Origin: Bacillota bacterium
GTDB lineage: Bacteria > Bacillota > Clostridia > Lachnospirales > Lachnospiraceae
Reading direction: 5' to 3'
NCBI GenBank assembly: GCA_023435645.1
Contig: JAEYRK010000053.1
Location: forward strand, 32,569 to 96,568
DNA: 64,000 bases
How positions within the stretch are numbered: the first letter of the stretch is position 1; each line of letters begins with the position of its first letter. This document shows positions 20,044 through 30,276 of this stretch, in pieces. The notes under the pieces were generated by a model. The model was not told where the DNA came from. It saw only the letters and a program-made list of their open reading frames with translations, and did no database searches. The position numbers and the translations under genes are program-made.

Positions 20044-20703
20044 ATGAGCAACCTTTTTAATATTGATAGTCCGATTTTAGTCTTCCTCAGTAAGATTACC
20101 GATATCTTATTCCTGAGCATACTATGGGTATTCTTATGTATCCCGGTAATTACGATTGGACCTGCAACAACAGCATTATACTATGCTACAGTGAAGGTGA
20201 TCCGTAAGGAGAGGGGATATTTGTTCCGGGAATTCTTTAAATCCTTCCGAATGAATTTTAAGAGGGGCGCAATTGTCGGAGTGATTCTCACAGTCATTTT
20301 TGCAGTCCTTATCTTTGATATCAATGTTTCCTGGCAGTCGCTCTCCGAGGATAGCAGCAAGGGATCCATATTTCTTGGGATATATTTAGCACTTACCTTC
20401 CTGGCAATCAGCTTTTCCTTGTTTGCGTTCCCGATTCTGTCCAGATTCGAGATGACGATAAAGCAATTGTTCAAGGCGGCTGTATTTATGTCCATGAAGC
20501 ATCTTCCCTTTACCTTTGTTATGCTGGTGGTAATCGTAGCTTCTGCCGTCCTCACAATCTATATGCCGATGATGCTGTTCTTCGTTCCGGCCACCGTAAC
20601 ATTCCTCAACTCCTTCCCAATGGAGCATATCCTAAAGAAGTATATGCCGAAGTCGGATGGCCCCGGAGAAGAGACAGGGAAGGATGAATGGTATCTGGAT
20701 TAA
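20044..20703 (+). CDS. DUF624 (YesL-like) membrane protein
   Basis: PVITIGPATTALYYATVKVIRKERGY motif and several TM helices. ATG 20044 lies 7 nt after GGGAGA. Confidence 0.8.
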   Translation: MSNLFNIDSPILVFLSKITDILFLSILWVFLCIPVITIGPATTALYYATVKVIRKERGYLFREFFKSFRMNFKRGAIVGVILTVIFAVLIFDINVSWQSLSEDSSKGSIFLGIYLALTFLAISFSLFAFPILSRFEMTIKQLFKAAVFMSMKHLPFTFVMLVVIVASAVLTIYMPMMLFFVPATVTFLNSFPMEHILKKYMPKSDGPGEETGKDEWYLD

Positions 20704-20849
20704 ACGGATTTTGTTGATTTCTAACAAACAACTAAATATTGTGAGATGCTTTTTGGCAATTTTCATAAAAAGTGATTTATTTAAAAAAAGTTCTTTTCTT
20801 TTCACAGAAAACGTGATATAAACTATTATATATTATAAAAGTAAAGAGC

Positions 20850-20886
20850 AAAGGTGTTCTCAAAGATTTGAGGACACCTTTTTCTT
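20850..20886 (+). terminator. Terminator-like hairpin in the glnN leader (candidate attenuator)
   Basis: 12-bp stem AAAGGTGTTCTC / GAGGACACCTTT, 8-nt loop, then TTTTCTT. It ends 25 nt before the glnN ATG. Confidence 0.6.
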
Positions 20887-20911
20887 AAATCTGAACCGGG
20901 GAGGATAAGAT

Positions 20912-23020
20912 ATGTCTGAGAGATTAACCGATTTATTTGGCATTGATGTGTTTAATGATGCAGCAATGGTAGAGCGTCTACCGAAGAAAATTTATTCGGC
21001 ACTGAAAAAGACAATTGAGAATGGAGAGGACCTGGATCCAAACATTGCAGAAGTGGTTGCGAATTCAATGAAGGATTGGGCGATAGAACGTGGTGCTACG
21101 CACTACACCCACTGGTTCCAGCCCATGACAGGGATCACGGCAGAGAAACATGATTCCTTCATTAGCCCTACCGTGGACGGCAAGGCGATCATGGAGTTCT
21201 CGGGTAAAGAGCTGATCAAGGGTGAGCCGGATGCATCCTCATTCCCCTCCGGCGGCCTACGTGCCACCTTTGAAGCAAGAGGATATACTGCATGGGATTG
21301 TACCTCACCGGCGTTTCTGCGTGAGGATGCCGGCGGAGTAACACTTTGTATTCCCACAGCTTTCTGCTCCTATACCGGAGAAGCACTGGATGTTAAGACC
21401 CCTCTGCTTCGCTCCATAGAGGCATTGAGTGAACAGGCAGTCCGTATCGTGAAGCTGTTCGGTCATACAGAGGTGAAACGGGTGACGCCCTCAGTTGGTC
21501 CGGAGCAGGAGTATTTCTTAGTAGATAAGGCGAAGTATCTGAAGAGAGAGGATTTAATCTTTGCAGGCAGAACCCTTTTCGGTGCAATGGCACCCAAGGG
21601 ACAGGAGCTGGAGGATCACTACTTCGGAAGCATTAAGGAAAGAATCAGTTCCTTCATGAAGGAACTAAACACCGAGTTATGGAAGATGGGTGTTACTGCG
21701 AAGACACAGCACAATGAGGTTGCTCCTGCTCAGCATGAGCTGGCACCGATTTATGCTACCGCTAATATCGCTACCGACCACAACCAGCTGGTGATGGAGT
21801 GTATGAAGAAGGTGGCAAGTCGTCATGGTCTCGCTTGTCTGCTCCACGAGAAGCCGTTTGCAGGAGTGAACGGCTCCGGTAAGCATAATAACTGGTCTAT
21901 TGTTACCGATACAGGTAAGAACCTATTGGATCCCGGTAAGACACCTCATGATAATATACAGTATCTGCTGTTCTTAGCTGCAATATTGAAGGCGGTTGAT
22001 GACCATGCAGATTTACTCCGTGTGTCAGCCTCAAATCCCGGTAATGATCACAGATTGGGTGCAAATGAAGCTCCTCCGGCCATCATCTCCGTATTTGTTG
22101 GGGAGCAGCTTGAGGATGTTCTGGCACAGCTGATTGAGACAGGAGAAGCAAAGAGAAGTAAGGATGGTGGCAAGCTGAATGTCGGTGTTCATACGCTTCC
22201 CGAGCTGAGCAAGGATGCTACGGACCGTAACCGTACTTCACCGTTTGCATTTACCGGTAATAAATTTGAATTCCGTATGGTGGGCTCCTCTGCTTCCATC
22301 GGCTCCTGTAATACAGTACTGAATACCATTGTAGCTGATGTACTGTGTGAGATGGCGGATGTGCTGGAGAAGGCGGAAGATTTTGATCTGGCGGTTCATG
22401 ATCTGATTAAGAAGACTGTGAGTGAACACAAACGGATTGTATTCAACGGCAATGGCTATTCTGAGGCCTGGGTGCAGGAGGCTGAGAGAAGAGGACTTCC
22501 GAATATCAAATCCATGGTGGAGGCGATTCCTTATCTGGATTCTGACAAAGCAATAAAGCTCTTCAAGAAGCATAAGGTGTTCTGTGAAACAGAGCTGCAT
22601 TCCCGTGCCGAGATTATGTATGAGTCCTATTCCAAGGCAATTAATATAGAAGCCAAGACAATGATTTCTATGGCAAGCGTGAAGTTTATACCAGCAGTCA
22701 TCACCTTTACCAAGAATTTGGCAGATACGATTAATGCGATTAAGGCAGCAGTTCCGGATACGGATATCAGCGTACAGGCAGACCTTCTTAAGGAGACCTC
22801 AGCGCTTCTGGCAAAGGCCCAGGCTGCTTTAAAGGATCTGCAGGCTAAGACGGCTAAGGCAAATGCCATTGAAGAAGGCCATAAGAAAGCAGAAGCCTTC
22901 TATCAGGAGGTAGTTCCTGCGATGGCAGAATTAAGAGCACCGATTGATTCTCTGGAGGTTATTGTGGATAAGAGTCTATGGCCCGTACCTACCTATGGAG
23001 ATTTATTGTTTGAAGTTTAG
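20912..23020 (+). CDS. glnN: Glutamine synthetase type III
   Basis: 702 aa, the size of type III enzymes. N-terminal [24 protein letters not shown] and [13 protein letters not shown] motifs. GGGGAGGA SD. Confidence 0.93.
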   Translation: MSERLTDLFGIDVFNDAAMVERLPKKIYSALKKTIENGEDLDPNIAEVVANSMKDWAIERGATHYTHWFQPMTGITAEKHDSFISPTVDGKAIMEFSGKELIKGEPDASSFPSGGLRATFEARGYTAWDCTSPAFLREDAGGVTLCIPTAFCSYTGEALDVKTPLLRSIEALSEQAVRIVKLFGHTEVKRVTPSVGPEQEYFLVDKAKYLKREDLIFAGRTLFGAMAPKGQELEDHYFGSIKERISSFMKELNTELWKMGVTAKTQHNEVAPAQHELAPIYATANIATDHNQLVMECMKKVASRHGLACLLHEKPFAGVNGSGKHNNWSIVTDTGKNLLDPGKTPHDNIQYLLFLAAILKAVDDHADLLRVSASNPGNDHRLGANEAPPAIISVFVGEQLEDVLAQLIETGEAKRSKDGGKLNVGVHTLPELSKDATDRNRTSPFAFTGNKFEFRMVGSSASIGSCNTVLNTIVADVLCEMADVLEKAEDFDLAVHDLIKKTVSEHKRIVFNGNGYSEAWVQEAERRGLPNIKSMVEAIPYLDSDKAIKLFKKHKVFCETELHSRAEIMYESYSKAINIEAKTMISMASVKFIPAVITFTKNLADTINAIKAAVPDTDISVQADLLKETSALLAKAQAALKDLQAKTAKANAIEEGHKKAEAFYQEVVPAMAELRAPIDSLEVIVDKSLWPVPTYGDLLFEV

Positions 23021-23065
23021 GAGATCTGCTCCTTATTCTCAGGGGGATATCACCTGTTAGATCTG

Positions 23066-23166
23066 AGGGTCTGTTTCATAACTCCAATGTTCTTATACGG
23101 AAGGAGGGTTTTGGTTATCACTAGCCAAAACCCTCCTTCCGGAGGATAGAAGTATGGGACAGCCCT
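23066..23166 (+). repeat. Dispersed intergenic repeat, copy A (diverged), carrying a 16-bp hairpin
   Basis: The first 49 nt (AGGGTCTGTTTCATAACTCCAA...ACGGAAGGAG) match 58440-58488 at 39 of 49 positions by hand alignment. Confidence 0.55.
23099..23140 (+). terminator. Strong hairpin downstream of glnN (no clear T-tract)
   Basis: Perfect 16-bp stem GGAAGGAGGGTTTTGG / CCAAAACCCTCCTTCC with a 10-nt loop. Confidence 0.55.
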
Positions 23167-23185
23167 TTTATGATGTAAATTCTTC

Positions 23186-23228
23186 TTGACATTTGACCCA
23201 TTATCCTATATATTTTGATTATCAAAAT
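23186..23228 (+). promoter_or_regulatory. fabT promoter with overlapping FabT-type palindrome
   Basis: TTGACA (23186-91), 17-nt spacer, TATATT (23209-14). Perfect palindrome ATTTTGAT-T-ATCAAAAT at 23212-28. Confidence 0.6.
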
Positions 23229-23297
23229 GTTTGCAATGCAAAGCAAATACAGGTTTGATACAAATGTTTAGGGGTGAACTAGGTGAAGGAAAAATTC

Positions 23298-23759
23298 ATG
23301 GAAATCAATAAGCTGCTTGTTGAGATTTATGATGATATTATTCATATTGAAGAATATTCAATTAAGCAGGGGGCCTTTAGCGACCTTTCCATTACTGAGA
23401 TACACACAGTGGAGGCCGTTGGCTTATACGGTTCTAAGACAATGTCTGAGATAGCAGCTGAGCTGGAGATTACGATGGGAACCTTGACGACAGCAGTGGA
23501 TAAGCTGATCCGTAAGGGATATCTGGAACGCAACAGAAGTGATTCTGACCGAAGGATTGTGAATGTGAGCCTGACGCAGCGGGGGAAGCTGGCTTACCGT
23601 ATCCATGAGAAGTTTCATTTGGATATGGTGAAAGCGATTATGAGTGATTTTAACACGGAAGAGGAAGAAATCCTTCTGATTGCCCTCCGAAAGCTGAACA
23701 TGCACCTGAAGGAGATTTATAAGCCCACCGGTGATAAAGACGGTAAGGGCAGTAAATAA
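23298..23759 (+). CDS. fabT: MarR-family regulator, FabT-like (fatty-acid synthesis repressor)
   Basis: MarR wHTH (MSEIAAELEITMGTLTTAVDKLIRKGYLER..DRR). It sits directly upstream of fabH-acpP-fabK as in streptococci. The start could be 23298 (ATG) or 23283 (GTG). Confidence 0.8.
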   Translation: MEINKLLVEIYDDIIHIEEYSIKQGAFSDLSITEIHTVEAVGLYGSKTMSEIAAELEITMGTLTTAVDKLIRKGYLERNRSDSDRRIVNVSLTQRGKLAYRIHEKFHLDMVKAIMSDFNTEEEEILLIALRKLNMHLKEIYKPTGDKDGKGSK

Positions 23760-23830
23760 TTCCATTCATCAAGATTGCAAGGCATAGCGGGCTACGATTA
23801 TGTGAATGATTTAGCGGGAGGACTAACAAA

Positions 23831-24808
23831 ATGAAGCATGCAGTAGTCATTGGTACCGGAAGCTATGTTCCGGAGAACGTAATAACAAATGATAATCTAT
23901 CGGAATTAGTGGAAACCAGTGACGAATGGATTGTTACAAGAACAGGCATAAGTGAACGGAGGATTACTACTGGTGAGAATACCTCCGAGCTGGCATATAA
24001 GGCGGCAGCCAGAGCGCTGGAGCAGGCAGGACTGGATCCAAGAGAGCTTGACCTGATTATCTGCGCTACAATTACACCGGATTCCTTTATGCCGTCCACT
24101 GCCTGCATCGTACAGGATAAGCTGGGGGCGGTGAACGCAGCAGCCTTTGATCTCACAGCAGCCTGTACCGGTTTAATCTATGGGATGGTCACGGCAGATC
24201 AGTTCATAGCCTCCGGTATGTACCAGAAGGTATTGGTCATCGGTGCGGAGACAGTTTCCAAGGTACTAGATTGGGGCGACCGGGCTACCTGTGTTCTGTT
24301 TGGTGACGGAGCCGGAGCGGTGGTGCTTTCCTCAGAAGGGAGCAGTAAGGGGATATTAGCCTCCTATCTGGCGGCGGACGGCAGTAAGCAGGCTATGCTG
24401 ACCTGTCCGGCCATTCCACTAAGGAATCCTTTTGTCAAGCAGGAGGAGTATGGGATGGTGTCAAAGATAGAGATGCAGGGTCAGGAGGTATTCAAATTCG
24501 CTGTGCGTGCGGTTACAGATAGTATTCAGAAGGTTCTCGCCATTGCCGGTATGACTCCTGAGGAGATCAGATATATCATCCCCCATCAGGCAAACAGGAG
24601 AATCATCGAACAGGCAGCAAAATTCTGCGAGATTCCTCTTGAGAAATTTTATGTTAACCTGGGTCGGTATGGAAATACCTCGGCTGCTACGATAGGAATC
24701 GCAATGGATGAGCTAATGCAAAAGCAAGGACTAAATCCCGGAGATAGAGTGATTTTGGTAGGCTTCGGCGGAGGAATGACCAACGGAGCAATTCTTCTGG
24801 AGATATAG
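23831..24808 (+). CDS. fabH: 3-oxoacyl-ACP synthase III
   Basis: 325 aa. Active-site AACTG Cys, HQAN and GNTSAA motifs. Confidence 0.95.
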   Translation: MKHAVVIGTGSYVPENVITNDNLSELVETSDEWIVTRTGISERRITTGENTSELAYKAAARALEQAGLDPRELDLIICATITPDSFMPSTACIVQDKLGAVNAAAFDLTAACTGLIYGMVTADQFIASGMYQKVLVIGAETVSKVLDWGDRATCVLFGDGAGAVVLSSEGSSKGILASYLAADGSKQAMLTCPAIPLRNPFVKQEEYGMVSKIEMQGQEVFKFAVRAVTDSIQKVLAIAGMTPEEIRYIIPHQANRRIIEQAAKFCEIPLEKFYVNLGRYGNTSAATIGIAMDELMQKQGLNPGDRVILVGFGGGMTNGAILLEI

Positions 24809-24897
24809 CGAAACAGGTCAAAGAATTTAGGAGAAGCAAAGCCTCTCCTAGGTAAAATAAATAAAAACCATTTAATATGAATTATGGAGGGATAAAA

Positions 24898-25134
24898 ATG
24901 AATTTAGAAAAAATTAAAGAGGTTGTAGCTGAGCAGTTAGGAGTTGAGGTTTCAGAGCTTAAGAAGGAAACGAATCTAAAGGATGATCTGAACGCTGATT
25001 CCCTAGACCTTTTCCAGATTATCATGTCCTTAGAGGAAGCGTTTGAACTTGAGATTCCTACCGAAGATACCGAGAGCATCAGCACCATTGGAGATATCGA
25101 AAGCTATATCAATAGCAAAAAAGAAGAAGAGTAA
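24898..25134 (+). CDS. acpP: Acyl carrier protein
   Basis: The DLNADSLDL motif contains the phosphopantetheine serine. GGAGGG before ATG 24898. Confidence 0.93.
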   Translation: MNLEKIKEVVAEQLGVEVSELKKETNLKDDLNADSLDLFQIIMSLEEAFELEIPTEDTESISTIGDIESYINSKKEEE

Positions 25135-25181
25135 GGTTTGGTAGGGGAGTCAGAGCTCCCGGAAAGGCATGGGCGGATGAT

Positions 25182-26114
25182 ATGAAATCGCGCATTTGTA
25201 AAATATTGAATATAGAATATCCTATTTTCCAGGGAGCAATGGCTAGAATATCGGATGCATCCTTAGCAGCAGCTGTAGCGGAGGCAGGAGGACTTGGCAT
25301 CATTGCAGGAGGTACTGCTCCGGTCGATTATATCAGGTCTGAGGTAAGAAAGGCCAAGCGTATGACAAGCAAACCCTTCGGTGTCAATATCATGCTACTC
25401 AGTGAGAATGTGGATGAGCTGGCGAAACTGGTGTGCGAGGAAGGGGTCAAGGTAGTTACTACCGGCGCAGGGACACCGGGTAAGTATATGGAGATGTGGA
25501 AGGACCATGGAATTAAGGTGATTCCTGTTGTACCTTCTGTAGCAATTGCAAAGAGAATGGTACGTAGCGGCGCAGACGCAGTGATTGCTGAGGGTACCGA
25601 ATCCGGTGGCCATGTTGGTGAGTTGACCACCATGGTGCTGGTTCCTCAGGTAGTAGATGCAGTGGAGGTGCCGGTCATTGCAGCCGGAGGGATCGGTGAC
25701 GGAAGAGGGATCGCAGCCGCCTTTATGCTGGGGGCTGATGCAGTACAGCTCGGAACTCGTTTTCTGACCGCCCATGAGTGTACGGTTCATCAGAGTTATA
25801 AACAGAAGGTATTGGATGCCAAGGATATCGATACCGTGGTTACCGGACGCCGTACCGGGCATCCTGTCAGGGTCTTGAAGAACAAGCTGGCCCGTCAATT
25901 CATGGAGCTGGAGGCATCAGGTGCTGCGGCAGAGGAGTATGAGAAGCTGGGAGTCGGTGCCTTAGCCAAAGCAGTCGCTCAAGGTGATATTGATTACGGC
26001 AGTGTCATGGCAGGGCAGGTCGCAGCCTTGATAAGGAAGGAACAGAGCTGCCACGAGATTATTACAGAGCTAATGACTGAGGCAGAGAGTCTGCTTCACC
26101 GTGATTGGACCTGA
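25182..26114 (+). CDS. fabK: Enoyl-ACP reductase II (FMN-dependent, FabK type)
   Basis: NPD/nitronate monooxygenase-like fold (YPIFQGAMA, AEGTESGGH). Its position between acpP and fabD matches the streptococcal cluster. Confidence 0.9.
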   Translation: MKSRICKILNIEYPIFQGAMARISDASLAAAVAEAGGLGIIAGGTAPVDYIRSEVRKAKRMTSKPFGVNIMLLSENVDELAKLVCEEGVKVVTTGAGTPGKYMEMWKDHGIKVIPVVPSVAIAKRMVRSGADAVIAEGTESGGHVGELTTMVLVPQVVDAVEVPVIAAGGIGDGRGIAAAFMLGADAVQLGTRFLTAHECTVHQSYKQKVLDAKDIDTVVTGRRTGHPVRVLKNKLARQFMELEASGAAAEEYEKLGVGALAKAVAQGDIDYGSVMAGQVAALIRKEQSCHEIITELMTEAESLLHRDWT

Positions 26115-26190
26115 GCTATGGCTCAGGATTTCGATAGCTTTCACCTGGTAGTGTGATTTGCAAACACCTAAGGGAGCCAAGGAGGATAGA

Positions 26191-27132
26191 ATGTCAAGGA
26201 TTGCGTTATTATTTGCTGGGCAGGGGTCCCAGTATATCGGTATGGGAAAGGAGCTGTATGATTATTTCCCGGTCTGTAAGCAGGTCTTTGAGGAGGCAGA
26301 TGAGAGCCTTCATAGGAAGCTTTCCGAGCTGATTTTTTACGGCAGAAAGGAGGAGCTGGACCTGACGGAAAATACACAGCCAGCCATTGTAACTATGTCG
26401 TTGGCAGCCTACCGTGCCTTTGCTCAATATGGGATAGAAGCGGATATGGCAGCAGGACTTAGTCTGGGCGAATATTCCGCCTTAACTGCCGCTGGTGTAT
26501 TTACGCTTTCCCAGGTGATTCCGCTGGTAAGAAAGCGCGGGCGCTTTATGCAGGAGGCAGTGCCGGAGGGCAGAGGCAAGATGACTGCAATCCTTGGTCT
26601 GGCGGAGGATAAGGTCAGGGCAGTCTGTGAGGAAGCGAGAAGCTACGGGATCGTGGAGCCCTCAAATTTTAACTGCCCCGGACAGATTGTAATTGGTGGT
26701 GAGATCAAGGCAGTGGACGAAGCTGCCAGACGCTCCATGGAAATAGGTGCAATGAAAACCGTCGACCTTGCTGTCAGTGCTCCCTTTCATACCTCTATGC
26801 TAGAGCCTGCGGCAAAAAGGCTGAGGGAGGAGCTGGAGCCGATGACTCTTTTAAAGCTGACACTTCCTGTCATCAGTAATGTAACAGCTGATTTCATCGG
26901 AGAGAGTAGTGAGGTGAAGGACCTGCTGTACCGGCAGGTCATGAGCAGTGTGCTATGGGAACAGACCATAAGGAAAATGGTGGACAGCGGTGTCAGACAT
27001 TTTGTGGAGCTAGGGCCCGGGAGGATACTCTCCGGTTTTGTAAAGAAGGTGGAGAGAGGACTCTGTACTTATCATGTGGAGGACGTCGCATCGCTGGAAT
27101 CAGCTGCCGGAGCGATCAGAGCGGCTAAATAG
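26191..27132 (+). CDS. fabD: Malonyl-CoA:ACP transacylase
   Basis: [12 protein letters not shown] and [10 protein letters not shown] active-site motifs. AAGGAGG before ATG 26191. Confidence 0.93.
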   Translation: MSRIALLFAGQGSQYIGMGKELYDYFPVCKQVFEEADESLHRKLSELIFYGRKEELDLTENTQPAIVTMSLAAYRAFAQYGIEADMAAGLSLGEYSALTAAGVFTLSQVIPLVRKRGRFMQEAVPEGRGKMTAILGLAEDKVRAVCEEARSYGIVEPSNFNCPGQIVIGGEIKAVDEAARRSMEIGAMKTVDLAVSAPFHTSMLEPAAKRLREELEPMTLLKLTLPVISNVTADFIGESSEVKDLLYRQVMSSVLWEQTIRKMVDSGVRHFVELGPGRILSGFVKKVERGLCTYHVEDVASLESAAGAIRAAK

Positions 27133-27145
27133 AAAGGAAGCTAAT

Positions 27146-27886
27146 ATGCTGAAGGGAAAAATTGCAGTGGTAACCGGAGCCGGAAGAGGAATCGGCAGGG
27201 CGATTGCCTTACAATTGGCCGAGTACGGGGCTAAGGTGGTAGTGAATTATCGTAACAGTGTCGCACAGGTGGAGGAGCTATTGGCTGCCATTCATAATAA
27301 GGGCGGGGATGCCCTGGCAGTGAGAGCGGATGTCAGCAAGGAAGAGGAAGCGAAGTCGCTGATCCAAGCCGCCGTGGAGCATTATGGAAGGGTTGATGTC
27401 CTTGTAAATAATGCAGGGATTACCAGAGATAATTTACTGATGCGGATGACAGAGGAAGAATTCGACAATGTGATGGATATTAATCTGAAGGGAACCTTCT
27501 TCTGCTTAAAGCACGCCGCAACGGTCATGCTAAAGCAGAGAAGCGGTAAGATAATCAACATTTCCTCCGTAGTTGGACTGACAGGAAATGTAGGCCAAAC
27601 GAATTATGCCGCCTCGAAGGCAGGCGTTATCGGTATGACGAAATCGGCAGCCAGAGAGCTGGCCAGCCGAGGAATAACAGTGAATGCAGTGGCGCCGGGC
27701 TTTATCCAGACGGATATGACGGATGTGCTTCCGGAGAAGGTAAAGGAAGCCTGCATCGCCGGTATCCCATTAAAGCGCTTTGGAACAGCCGGTGAGATCG
27801 CCGGAGCAGTCAGCTTTCTGGCCTCAGAGGCGGCCGACTATATCACAGGCCAGGTGCTACAGGTGGATGGCGGCATGGTAATGTAG
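27146..27886 (+). CDS. fabG: 3-oxoacyl-ACP reductase
   Basis: SDR motifs [12 protein letters not shown] and YAASKAG. Start taken at [12 protein letters not shown]. Confidence 0.95.
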   Translation: MLKGKIAVVTGAGRGIGRAIALQLAEYGAKVVVNYRNSVAQVEELLAAIHNKGGDALAVRADVSKEEEAKSLIQAAVEHYGRVDVLVNNAGITRDNLLMRMTEEEFDNVMDINLKGTFFCLKHAATVMLKQRSGKIINISSVVGLTGNVGQTNYAASKAGVIGMTKSAARELASRGITVNAVAPGFIQTDMTDVLPEKVKEACIAGIPLKRFGTAGEIAGAVSFLASEAADYITGQVLQVDGGMVM

Positions 27887-27902
27887 ATAGTGGAGGATTA
27901 AT

Positions 27903-29141
27903 ATGGATCGTAGAGTTGTAGTTACCGGAATGGGAGCGATTACCCCGATTGGAAACAGTGTGGCGGAGTTCTTTGCCGGAGTAAAGGGAGGAAGCTGCGG
28001 AATCGATTTTATCAGCGCCTTCGATACGGAGAATTTCACAGTTAAGCTCGCTGCCCAAGTGAAGAACTTTGATGCAAGGAATTATATGGATGCGAAGGAA
28101 GCCAAGAGGATGGACCGCTTCTCTCAATTTGCAGTGGCTGCCTCCAAGGAGGCAATTGAGGATGCCGGGCTTGAGCTTAGTGCACTGGATCCGGAACGCT
28201 TTGGTGTCATTGTAGGCTCCGGAATCGGCGGACTTGAAAATATCGAGAAGGAAGCAAGGACCTTGGCGGATAAGGGACCGAGAAGGGTGAACCCCTTATT
28301 CATCCCCATGATTATTACGAATATGGCGGCAGGTAATATTGCCATTCAATTCGGAGCTCTGGGCATCTGCACAAATATTGTGACAGCCTGTGCTACAGGA
28401 ACTCACAGTATCGGTGAGGCATATCGCAATATTAAGCACGGGTATGCGGATGTGATTCTGGCAGGAGGCACAGAAGCCTCCATTACTCCTTTGGGAGTTG
28501 CAGGCTTTACCTCCTTGACCGCCTTGTCCACCAGTAAGGATCCCTCTCGAGCTTCCATCCCCTTTGATAAGGAAAGGGACGGCTTTGTTATGGGGGAAGG
28601 AGCCGGAATCCTCTTACTGGAAGAATATGAGCATGCGATAAAACGAGGTGCCAGACTATATGCAGAGATCGTTGGCTATGGTGCTACCTGTGATGCTTAT
28701 CATATTACCGCACCCTCTCCGGACGGATATGGTGGTACGAGAGCCATGAGACTGGCGATGCAGGAAGCAGGGATTACACCGAAGGAGATTTCCTATGTCA
28801 ATGCACATGGAACCAGTACTCCGATCAATGACCGCTTGGAGACACTGGCAATGAAGGCTGCTTTTGGTGAGGAGGTTTATCGAATACCGGTCAGCTCCAC
28901 CAAATCCATGATTGGACATCTCTTAGGAGCAGCCGGTGCAGTAGAAGCTGTTACCTGCGTTAAGGCGATGGATGAGGATTTTATTCCGGCAACCATTGGG
29001 TATCGGATACCGGATGAGGAATGTGACCTTGATTATGTACCTAACCAGGGCAGAACAGCCAAAATCAATTATGCAATGTCGAATTCCTTAGGCTTTGGCG
29101 GTCATAATGCTACTGTCATATTTAAGAAAACGGAGGGGTAA
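27903..29141 (+). CDS. fabF: 3-oxoacyl-ACP synthase II
   Basis: 412 aa. Active-site ACATG Cys, HGTSTP and GHLLGAAG motifs. Confidence 0.95.
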   Translation: MDRRVVVTGMGAITPIGNSVAEFFAGVKGGSCGIDFISAFDTENFTVKLAAQVKNFDARNYMDAKEAKRMDRFSQFAVAASKEAIEDAGLELSALDPERFGVIVGSGIGGLENIEKEARTLADKGPRRVNPLFIPMIITNMAAGNIAIQFGALGICTNIVTACATGTHSIGEAYRNIKHGYADVILAGGTEASITPLGVAGFTSLTALSTSKDPSRASIPFDKERDGFVMGEGAGILLLEEYEHAIKRGARLYAEIVGYGATCDAYHITAPSPDGYGGTRAMRLAMQEAGITPKEISYVNAHGTSTPINDRLETLAMKAAFGEEVYRIPVSSTKSMIGHLLGAAGAVEAVTCVKAMDEDFIPATIGYRIPDEECDLDYVPNQGRTAKINYAMSNSLGFGGHNATVIFKKTEG

Positions 29142-29143
29142 TC

Positions 29144-29671
29144 GTGGATTATAAGGCTATTATCAACTTAATGAAGGAAATGAATCAAACAGAGCTTACA
29201 AAGCTTGAGGTTGAATCTGAGGGAATTAGAATATGTCTGGAGAAAGCGGATCAGAAATCTGCTTCAGTGGTTTCGCAACCCCAGTTTATCCTGCCCCCAC
29301 AGTTACCTCATGGAACTTATATGGCGGCGGTACCGGAACCGAACACGGCAGCATCCCCTGGCAGCAATCAGGGAATACCCTTTGCTCATCCCACGGCTGA
29401 AGCTACGGATCAGCCGTCGGCAGCAGAAACTGCTGCAACGAAGAAGCTGCTATCTCCAATGGTAGGTACCTTCTATGCTCAGGCAGCACCTGAGAAGCCT
29501 CCCTTCGTCAAGGTTGGGGATAAGGTGAAGAAGGGTCAGACCATCTGCATCATTGAAGCGATGAAGCTGATGAATGAAATTGAAAGTGAATATGATGGAG
29601 AAATTGCAGAGCTACTTGTTGAGAACGAGGAAATGGTTGAATTTGGTCAGCCCCTGTTCCTGCTCCGGTAA
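29144..29671 (+). CDS. accB: Biotin carboxyl carrier protein of acetyl-CoA carboxylase
   Basis: C-terminal biotinyl domain with the EAMKLMNEI motif and a Pro/Ala-rich linker. GTG start after GGAGGGG. Confidence 0.9.
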   Translation: MDYKAIINLMKEMNQTELTKLEVESEGIRICLEKADQKSASVVSQPQFILPPQLPHGTYMAAVPEPNTAASPGSNQGIPFAHPTAEATDQPSAAETAATKKLLSPMVGTFYAQAAPEKPPFVKVGDKVKKGQTICIIEAMKLMNEIESEYDGEIAELLVENEEMVEFGQPLFLLR

Positions 29672-29793
29672 TTAATTCTGCCACCTAATAATGATCAGGT
29701 GATTACAAAAGTTTATTACTGAGTGTGGGCTGTCTAATCAGACAGAGCGCTTGGTACTTAACATAACACCGTAAATAGTAAGAGAGGAATCCT

Positions 29794-30219
29794 ATGTTAA
29801 ATATTGATGAAATTCAAAAGATCCTTCCCCACAGGCCTCCATTTCTTCTGATAGACCGGATTGATGAGCTGGAGCCGGGGAAGCATGCCGTAGGCAGAAA
29901 ATGCGTTACGATGAATGAGCCTTATTTTTTAGGACATTTTCCGGGGAAGGCTGTCATGCCCGGTGTCATCATACTGGAGGCACTGGCTCAGACCGGAGCA
30001 ATCGTCATGCTTACAATTGAAAAGAATGCCGGTAAGATAGCGTATTTTGGCGGAATGGATAAGGTGAAATTCAAGCGTCAGGTATTTCCCGGTGATGTGC
30101 TTACCCTGGATGTGGAAATCATTAAGAGTAAGGGCAGCTTCGGTGTCGGATCAGCGAAGGCTTTTGTGGAGGATCAAATCGCCGTAGAAGCAATCTTTAC
30201 ATTTGCGATCGGAGAATAA
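29794..30219 (+). CDS. fabZ: 3-hydroxyacyl-ACP dehydratase
   Basis: LPHRPPFLLIDR and FLGHFPG..VMPGV hotdog-fold motifs. Confidence 0.95.
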   Translation: MLNIDEIQKILPHRPPFLLIDRIDELEPGKHAVGRKCVTMNEPYFLGHFPGKAVMPGVIILEALAQTGAIVMLTIEKNAGKIAYFGGMDKVKFKRQVFPGDVLTLDVEIIKSKGSFGVGSAKAFVEDQIAVEAIFTFAIGE

Positions 30220-30276
30220 TCTGACGGTGACTGTAACGGTCACTGTGGTCCCTATGAAACCTTAAGGAGAGTTACG

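Noticed and set aside
20712-20726. GlnR/TnrA-like inverted repeat TGTTGATTTCTAACA upstream of glnN.
   Set aside because: It is a 15-nt TGTT-N7-AACA, not the 17-nt TGTNA-N7-TNACA. It also lies immediately after the stop codon of the preceding gene, about 100 nt upstream of the candidate promoter.
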